From NCBI GenBank assembly GCA_002269645.1, contig NIVC01000041.1:598668-662667 (forward strand): 64,000 nucleotides of DNA, given 5' to 3'. Positions 56,401 through 64,000 of the stretch are shown here, piece by piece. Position 1 is the stretch's first letter; each line of letters begins with the position of its first letter. The stretch is from Macrostomum lignano (lineage: Eukaryota). The notes under the pieces are model-generated. The model was not told where the DNA came from and did not search any database. It was given only the letters and a program-made list of their open reading frames with translations. The translations under genes and the position numbers were made by a program.

Positions 56401-59400
56401 ATCTCCCTCTGTCTCTCCCATCTCCCTCTGTCTCTCCCCATCTCCTTCTGTCTCTCCCATCTCCTTCTGTCTCTCCCATCTCCCTCTGTCTATTCCCCAT
56501 CTCCCTCTGTCTCTCCTCATCTCCTTCTGTCTCTCCCATCTCCCTCTGTCTCTCCCATCTCCTTCTGTCTCTCCCATCTCCCTCTGTCTCTCCCATCTCC
56601 CTCTGTCTATTCCCCATCTCCCTCTGTCTCTCCCATCTCCCTCTGTCTCTCCCATCTCCCTCTGTCTCTCCCATCTCCCTCTGTCTATTCCCCATCTCCC
56701 TCTGTCTATTCCCCATCTCCCTCTGTCTCTCCCCATCTCCCTCTGTCTATTCCCCATCTCCCTCTGTCTCTCCCATCTCCCTCTGTCTATTCCCCATCTC
56801 CCTCTGTCTCTCCCATCTCCCTCTGTCTATTCCCCATCTCCCTCTGTCTCTCCCATCTCCCTCTGTCTCTCCCATCTCCTTCTGTCTCTCCCATCTCCCT
56901 CTGTCTCTCCCATCTCCCTCTGTCTATTCCCATCTCCCTCTGTCTCTCCCATCTCCCTCTGTCTCTCCCATCTCCCTCTGTCTCTCCCATCTCCCTCTGT
57001 CTATTCCCCATCTCCCTCTGTCTCTCCCATCTCCCTCTGTCTCTCCCATCTCCTTCTGTCTATTCCCCATCTCCCTCTGTCTCTCCCATCTCCTTCTGTC
57101 TATTCCCCATCTCCCTCTGTCTCTCCCATCTCCCTCTGTCTCTCCCATCTTCCTCTGTCTATTCCCCATCTCCCTCTGTCTCTCCCATCTCCCTCTGTCT
57201 CTCCCATCTCCTTCTGTCTATTCCCCATCTCCCTCTGTCTCTCCCATCTTCCTCTGTCTATTCCCCATCTCCCTCTGTCTCTCCCATCTCCCTCTGTCTA
57301 TTCCCCATCTCCCTCTGTCTCTCCCATCTCCCTCTGTCTATTCCCCATCTCCCTCTGTCTCTCCCATCTTCCTCTGTCTATTCCCCATCTCCCTCTGTCT
57401 CTCCCATCTCCCTCTGTCTATTCCCCATCTCCCTCTGTCTCTCCCATCTCCCTCTGTCTATTCCCCATCTCCCTCTGTCTATTCCCCATCTCCCTCTGTC
57501 TCTCCCATCTCCTTCTGTCTCTCCCATCTCCCTCTGTCTATTCCCCATCTCCCTCTGTCTCTCCCATCTCCTTCTGTCTCTCCCATCTCCTTCTGTCTCT
57601 CCCATCTCCCTCTGTCTATTCCCCATCTCCTTCTGTCTCTCCCATCTCCCTCTGTCTCTCCCATCTCCCTCTGTCTATTCCCCATCTCCCTCTGTCTATT
57701 CCCCATCTCCTTCTGTCTCTCCCATCTCCTTCTGTCTCTCCCATCTCCTTCTGTCTATTCCCCATCTCCCTCTGTCTCTCCCATCTCCCTCTGTCTATTC
57801 CCCATCTCCCTCTGTCTATTCCCCATCTCCCTCTGTCTATTCCCCATCTCCCTCTGTCTCTCCCATCTCCCTCTGTCTATTCCCCATCTCCCTCTGTCTA
57901 TTCCCCATCTCCTTCTGTCTATTCCCCATCTCCCTCTGTCTCTCCCATCTCCCTCTGTCTATTCCCCATCTCCTTCTGTCTCTCCCATCTCCTTCTGTCT
58001 ATTCCCCATCTCCCTCTGTCTCTCCCATCTCCCTCTGTCTATTCCCCATCTCCCTCTGTCTATTCCCATCTCCCTCTGTCTATTCCCCATCTCCTTCTGT
58101 CTATTCCCCATCTCCCTCTGTCTCTCCCATCTCCCTCTGTCTCTCCCATCTCCTTCTGTCTCTCCCATCTCCCTCTGTCTCTCCCATCTCCCTCTGTCTA
58201 TTCCCCATCTCCCTCTGTCTCTCCCATCTCCCTCTGTCTCTCCCATCTCCCTCTGTCTCTCCCATCTCCCTCTGTCTATTCCCCATCTCCCTCTGTCTAT
58301 TCCCTATCTCCCTCTGTCTCTCCCCATCTCCCTCTGTCTCTCCCATCTCCCTCTGTCTATTCCCCATCTCCCTCTGTCTCTCCCCATCTCCCTCTGTCTC
58401 TCCCCATCTCCCTCTGTCTATTCCCCATCTCCCTCTGTCTCTCCCATCTCCCTCTGTCTCTCCTCATCTCCTTCTGTCTCTCCCATCTCCCTCTGTCTAT
58501 TCCCCATCTCCCTCTGTCTCTCCCCATCTCCCTCTGTCTCTCCCCATCTCCCTCTGTCTATTCCCCATCTCCCTCTGTCTCTCCCATCTCCCTCTGTCTC
58601 TCCTCATCTCCTTCTGTCTATTCCCCATCTCACCCTATATATTCCCCATCTCACCCTATATATTCCCCATCTCACCCTATATATTCCCCATCTCACCCTA
58701 TATATTCCCCATCTAACCCTATATATTCCCCATCTCACCCTATCCATTCCCTATCTCATCCTATCTAATCCCCATCTCACCCTATATATTCCCCATCTAA
58801 CCCTATATATTCCCCATCTCACCCTATCCATTCCCTATCTCATCCTATCTAATCCCCATCTCACCCCGTCTATCCCCAATCTCGCCCTGTCTTTTCCCGT
58901 TCTCACCCTGTCTATTCCTCATCTCATCCTGTCTAATCCCCATTTCCCCTGTCTATCCGCTATCTCACCCTGGCTAGACACCTCTAGATCGCCAAGCTTA
59001 ACCTATCTATCCATAGACGTGCTGCAAACAGGAACATATTAAAGCGATCAAGTACGTCTTGGTAACACGAATTTAAAGTTCCTTAAAAGTACACACTGAC
59101 CCATAGCCGTCCCTGGGCTGTCCCAGCAGCTAAGGCAGGTTGAACAGCGAGTATCAAAACTAATAGGAAACCGGTCTCTTGGCGGACTTACTTCAAGCTG
59201 GGAAAGGAAGGAAAGAGAAGAGAGCGGAGTGGACGGGAAGAGATTCTGCTCCACCTTGGCAGCGTCAGTCACAGCCTCGAGCATAATTTAAAACTGTTGT
59301 ATGAAGAGAGCCGGAGCTAAAGAGTGGCCACTTCAATCGGCTTGGCTCAAGCTAAAATGCTTGGCTATATTTTTTCCTAGAGGTTTATCAATGCATCAAA

Positions 59401-60259
59401 TTTATTTCAATCTAATTCTGAGATGTTAGGCTTAAATTTACTAGACTTTAATGGATGAGAAAGAGGGAGGAGGGTGAGAATGAGGAGAGTGGAAGGGTGA
59501 GAAGAAGGAGAGTGGAAAGGTGAGAATGAGGGAGAGTGGAAGGGTGAGAAGAAGGGAGAGTGGAAGCGTGAGAATGAGGGAGAGTGGAAGGGTGCGAATG
59601 AGGGAGAGTGGAAGGGTGCGAATGAGGGAGAGTGGAAGGGTGAGAAGAGGGGAGAGTGGAAGGGTGCGAATGATGGAGAGTGGAAGGGTGAGAATGAGGA
59701 GAGTGGAAGGGTGAGAAGGAGAGTGGAAGGGTGAGAAGAAGGGAGAGTGGAAGGGTGAGAATGAGGGAGAGTGGAAGGGTGCGAATGAGGGAGAGTGGAA
59801 GGGTGAGAAGGCGGGCCGCGGTGACCCTGGACACCGACTGATCCGGTAGGTTATTCGAACCGGTCGAATAGTTAATTGGGCGGTCAAAGGTAAAAATTAA
59901 ATAAGTACTTTATAATTACTTTGCACAGTGAGGGCGTCTCCACACGGTCAGTGAAGCAATTATTTAATGGGGTTATTTCGCTCAAGAACTCTAATTACTG
60001 TCTTCGTTTATTGAATTGAGTCTTCAGTCACACTTTCCGAAGTGATTATACCCCAAATCTGTGAGCAGGATTCAATCAATTTCGTATTGTATAACATCTA
60101 ACCTGCCCTGTCTCAGCGACCTATTCTCCTCTCCTTTCTAACCCCCTCTCTTCTCCAGTTTTCCCTCTCTTTTCTGCCCTTTCTCCTAGTCTCCTTCCTC
60201 TATTCTCTCTCTCCTAGTCTCCTTCCCCTCTTCTCTCTCTCTCCTAATCTCCTTCCTCT

Positions 60260-60309
<50 letters not shown>

Positions 60310-61121
60310 TCTATTCTCCTTCCTCTCATCTCTCTCCTAGTCTCCTTCCTCTCTTCTCTCGCCTAGTCTCCTTCCTCTCTTCTCTCTCCTAGTCTCCTTC
60401 CTCCATTTTCTCTTTCCTCCCTCACATTTCCCTCTCCTCCCCTCTTTTCGGCCCTCTCAAGCAATTAACTTGTTCGCTGCTTCTCAAATTTTCAGCCAAG
60501 GTGCTGGACATTGGCATGGAAGTGGTCATAGCAAGTTTCGACAGCATATCGGAGGTTAACATGGTGAGAAAATGTTGCCGGAACTCTTCCGCCAAATCAC
60601 ATTCAGTCCCCGGCGTGCCTCTAGTCGATTTTCTATGGATTTTTTAGGAGAAAAATAGCATTGCACAGATTTAGTCTTTTTCTCAAAGTCCGCACAAGCG
60701 CATGACCCCGTCTTCGCTTGAGGTCATGCCGACAATAAATTGGTGCATAAGAAACCTTCTCAAGGAAAATCGGTTATAAATAAAATGCAACAGAAAAGTT
60801 CAACTGGGTGTTACAGTCAGTTTCTAGCAGAAAAAGGCTGATTGGAATCAGTGCCGGATCTGTAAACTCTAGCAGATTTTTCTTCCTGCATCGGCACGAA
60901 ATGTAAATAAGACTACAGGACCGCAATGCACTGCTGGTTAACTGGAAATTATATTGCATTCTGCATATTGTTTTCATTCAGCCCCTGTCTGTCTTACTGA
61001 CTGACTTTCAGTCTAGCATTGTCTTCTATCTCCTCTCCTGATCTCCGCTCTTCGTCTTTTGTCTCCATCTGCTTACATTCTTCTTTCCCATGGTTTCATG
61101 TCTTTCTGTCCGGCAGTGTCA

Positions 61122-61183
<62 letters not shown>

Positions 61184-61218
61184 GTCTGTCTGTGTGTCTG
61201 TCTGTCTGTCTGTCTGTG

Positions 61219-61261
<43 letters not shown>

Positions 61262-61262
61262 G

Positions 61263-61313
<51 letters not shown>

Positions 61314-61314
61314 G

Positions 61315-61393
<79 letters not shown>

Positions 61394-63302
61394 GTTCTGT
61401 CTGTGTGTCTGTCTGTCTGTCTGTCTGTGACTTTCTATCCCTCCCAATGCCTGTCTGTCAGTGCCTGTCTTTACCACTGTCTCTCTCAGAGTCTGTCTGT
61501 CATGCGGTGCAGTTCGGTAGTCCGGAACCATTTTCCACACCTCATTGCACCGATGTCTCTGTCGGAGTCTGAGTAGGAATATCAGCCCTGGCCGGCGCTA
61601 CATTGAGCTCAATTTCGAATCTAATGAGTCTCATCTGCGGCCCGCTGCACTTAGCAATTCCGAACTCTGTCTAGAAAAGCTACAACTCTGTCTGCTGGGT
61701 ATAGAGATATAGATGCATGTACTTTTTAACTGCTCGGATTTCTTCCAAGTGGAGAGAAAGGAAAGAAGATGCTCATAGCTAGGCACTGTAGTGCAGAATC
61801 CGTTGTTAAAGATGTGTATCGTAAATAATTTTCAAACAATTATGGAACGTAATTATTGTAGAAAATGAATTTCTTATTTAATCTATACAATATGTTAGCT
61901 CCTAGCTTATCTGACTAAATTTTTTTTAATTTAGTACGTTGGTACTAGTATTGTGAGCATACACAGAATTGAGCCTAGGACTCTTGGAACAAGAGTGCGA
62001 TGTACTCAACCGCTCTGTGGCATCGAGACGGCGTGATGAAGCTGCACCGCTATCGCTAGTTATTTGATCGTCTATAGTCTAAGAGCTTAAGTGAAGGTCC
62101 GTCCAAGTCGAGAGACATCAAAGGAGCAGCAACCTTTCTCTCATCTGAAAATTTGATTACATATAAGAGCCTGATTTTCTATTAAACCATCCTAACAGAC
62201 ATTGTGACTCACTGTGATTGACGGATTGCCCAAAAAGCTACCGGGGGGGGGATGTGTCAAAGCGCTCAATGAATGGGCTGCTTATGTACCTCTCAAATAT
62301 TTTAAGCTTTAATAATAAAATCCTGTGATTAATGGTTTAGCGAGAATAATGATTTATGAGTCTGAGTTATTAAGTTGATTGCCTTTTTTTCAATTTCTCA
62401 GGACTATACTATCACAATGTACTTGAACCAGTACTGGACAGACAACAGGCTAGCATTTGACATTCGTAATGCAAATAAATCAATGACTTTAACCGGAGAA
62501 TTTGCCAGCAAGATCTGGGTGCCAGATACTTTCATTGCGAACGACAAGCATTCATTTTTGCACGACGTCACCGAGCAGAACAAGATGGTGCGGCTGTATG
62601 GCGACGGGAGAATCATCTACGGAATGCGGTCAGCACGGTTTTGGGACTGGGGTGTGGGATTGGGCATAGCGGAGCAGTGATTGAGGTGGATGCAGTGGGG
62701 CAAGGAGTGAGGTGGGTGCACTGGGGCAGGGAGTGAGGTGGGTGTAGCGGGGCAGGGAGTGAGGTGGGTGTAGCGGGGCAGGGAGTGAGGTGGGTGTAGC
62801 GGGGCAGGGAGTGAGGTGGGTGTAGCGGGGCAGGGAGTGAGGTGGGTGTAGCGGGGCAGGGAGTGAGGTGGGCGCAGCTGAAAAGGAAGTGAGCTATAGA
62901 TGGTATAGTATAGCAATAAAAAATCAAGCAGACTAGCACCTAATCATTTCCAGTTTATACGTACCCAATTGCAGGTTCACCACCACCTTGGCTTGCATGA
63001 TGGACTTGCACTATTACCCACTGGATGTACAGAACTGCACCGTTGAGATTGAAAGCTGTAAGCTGCGACAGACGTGCTTGTTTAATCTATAAGGATGTCT
63101 GTTCAATCGTTACCTCACTTCAGCACCCGACATCCACCTCACTCCACCACCTATCTCACCCTAGATGGCTACCCAACGGAAGACGTGACAATGCAATGGA
63201 AAAACGGTCAATCGGCAGTCGACGGTGCTGATCGCGTGAAAATGCCTCAGTTCACGCTGGAACATTTTGAAGTTAGCACAACCACCATATCATTGTCGAC
63301 AG
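53437..63302 (+). CDS. LCCH3: GABA-gated chloride channel beta/LCCH3-like subunit, 5' partial (exons 53437-53638, 60496-60563, 62402-62628, 62975-63057, 63165-63302; continues beyond the window)
   Basis: Poly-Leu signal peptide, [22 protein letters not shown]|[24 protein letters not shown], Cys-loop [20 protein letters not shown]. Junctions phase-consistent; the 68, 83 and 138-nt exon sizes match the usual GABA-A gene layout. Confidence 0.93.
53785..58960. repeat. ~5-kb pyrimidine-rich minisatellite, 19-21-bp units CCATCTCCCTCTGTCTCTC / CCCCATCTCCCTCTGTCTATT
   Basis: About 250 units in intron 1 of the GABA receptor gene; source of the 1671-aa and 1653-aa spurious ORFs. Confidence 0.98.
59460..59810. 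repeat. Purine-rich minisatellite, ~24-bp unit GAGAGTGGAAGGGTGAGAATGAGG
   Basis: Period 24 (59581, 59605, 59629). Confidence 0.92.
60125..60450. repeat. CT-rich low-complexity tract including (CT)n
   Basis: Direct reading; immediately upstream of the exon 2 acceptor. Confidence 0.85.
61110..61430. repeat. (GTCT)n microsatellite
   Basis: Direct reading. Confidence 0.96.
62690..62880. repeat. G-rich minisatellite, 26-bp unit GGGGCAGGGAGTGAGGTGGGTGTAGC, ~7 copies
   Basis: Period 26 (62761, 62787, 62813). Confidence 0.92.
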
Positions 63303-63354
63303 GTGCGTCGAATTTTAATCCACAATGCACTGGTTGAACTGGCTCGTATAGGAC

Positions 63355-63430
63355 AGGGATCTAGAACAGGAATCTAGAACAGGGATCTAGACCAGGGATC
63401 TACACCCACCTAGAACAGGGATCTAGAAAA
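63355..63430. repeat. Short 12-bp tandem repeat ATCTAGAACAGG
   Basis: About 6 imperfect copies. Confidence 0.75.
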
Positions 63431-63799
63431 AGGAATGGGCAAACTTTTTACCTCAAAGGCCAGGTAGAGAACCTAGCGCGTGACTTCGGACCAGAGAAGG
63501 GGAGAGGAGAGGTCAAGGCGCATTGAGTTCTAATTTGAGCTCTAAAATCTTAGGCTTACCGGTTTCAAGCCTCTGGGTCAAGCGTAAAAATTAACGTTTA
63601 ATGCAATGCAAGTTTGCCTTTTAAGTAGGATTTTTGTCGGTCCTGATGAAATACATATGAGTACTCTAATAATCTTGCTATTTGCTCAACCTTGTCACAA
63701 AGTTTACAATCGAGTGGTTGGGAGTGAGAGAGTGCTCTGATCCTGACGTAACAGTTCTCCTGTTAATGTTTGACCTGTGCTGGTTCATTCACTCTCTCA

Positions 63800-63970
63800 T
63801 TATCTCTCTCTCTCAGGAGAGGGAATAGAGAAGAGAGAAGAGAGATGAGAAAAAAATGAAGGAGACGAGAAGAGAGATAATGAAATAGAATAGGAGAGAG
63901 GAGAGAAGAAGAGAAGAGAAGGGACAGGAGAGGAGGGAGAAAAGAGAGAGAGAGGATAAAAAAAGAGGAA
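63800..63970. repeat. GA-rich low-complexity tract
   Basis: Direct reading. Confidence 0.8.
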
Positions 63971-64000
63971 ACCTGTGAAGAGACACAAACATGAGCGGGC

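Noticed and set aside
53753-58768. 1671-aa and 1653-aa ORFs
   Set aside because: Artefacts of a C/T-rich array that cannot form stop codons; the real exon 1 splices out at 53639.
61940-62020. Degenerate tRNA-like head on the minus strand
   Set aside because: The A and B boxes are too diverged to support a call.

Overview
Eukaryotic (animal) genomic DNA. The GC-rich exons, polyQ tracts, short introns and very large intronic minisatellites suggest a flatworm such as Macrostomum; this is inference only. Host genes reconstructed by hand from splice sites and reading phase: an unidentified ~3-exon gene (-, 496-3306); MTMR9-like pseudophosphatase (+, 4 exons, 15368-25466); Neurexin-IV/Caspr (-, 7 exons, 41145-28193, 1353 aa); Pur-alpha (+, 3 exons, 44830-49277); and the 5' part of an LCCH3/GABA-A beta subunit (+, 5 exons from 53437, continuing beyond the window). 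The most notable structure is an apparently intact 8.6-kb Mutator-like element (5192-13770, perfect 9-bp TSD, hairpin-array TIRs). It encodes a 6-exon, 1106-aa transposase with an unusual tail: ~240 aa of AERLAE repeats, an AT-hook and a PHD finger completed only by splicing. It sits inside the terminal repeat of a 9-bp-TSD MITE that shares its CCGTGC hairpin motif. MTMR9 intron 1 is a transposon nest: an intact DD34D mariner, an unassigned 8-bp-TSD MITE family (second copy at 40 kb) and a decayed THAP9/P transposase. The window also holds a Sola-like element, a CORE-type SINE and more than a dozen tandem-repeat arrays, which explain most long ORFs in the track. Repeat boundaries are approximate and no database searches were run.
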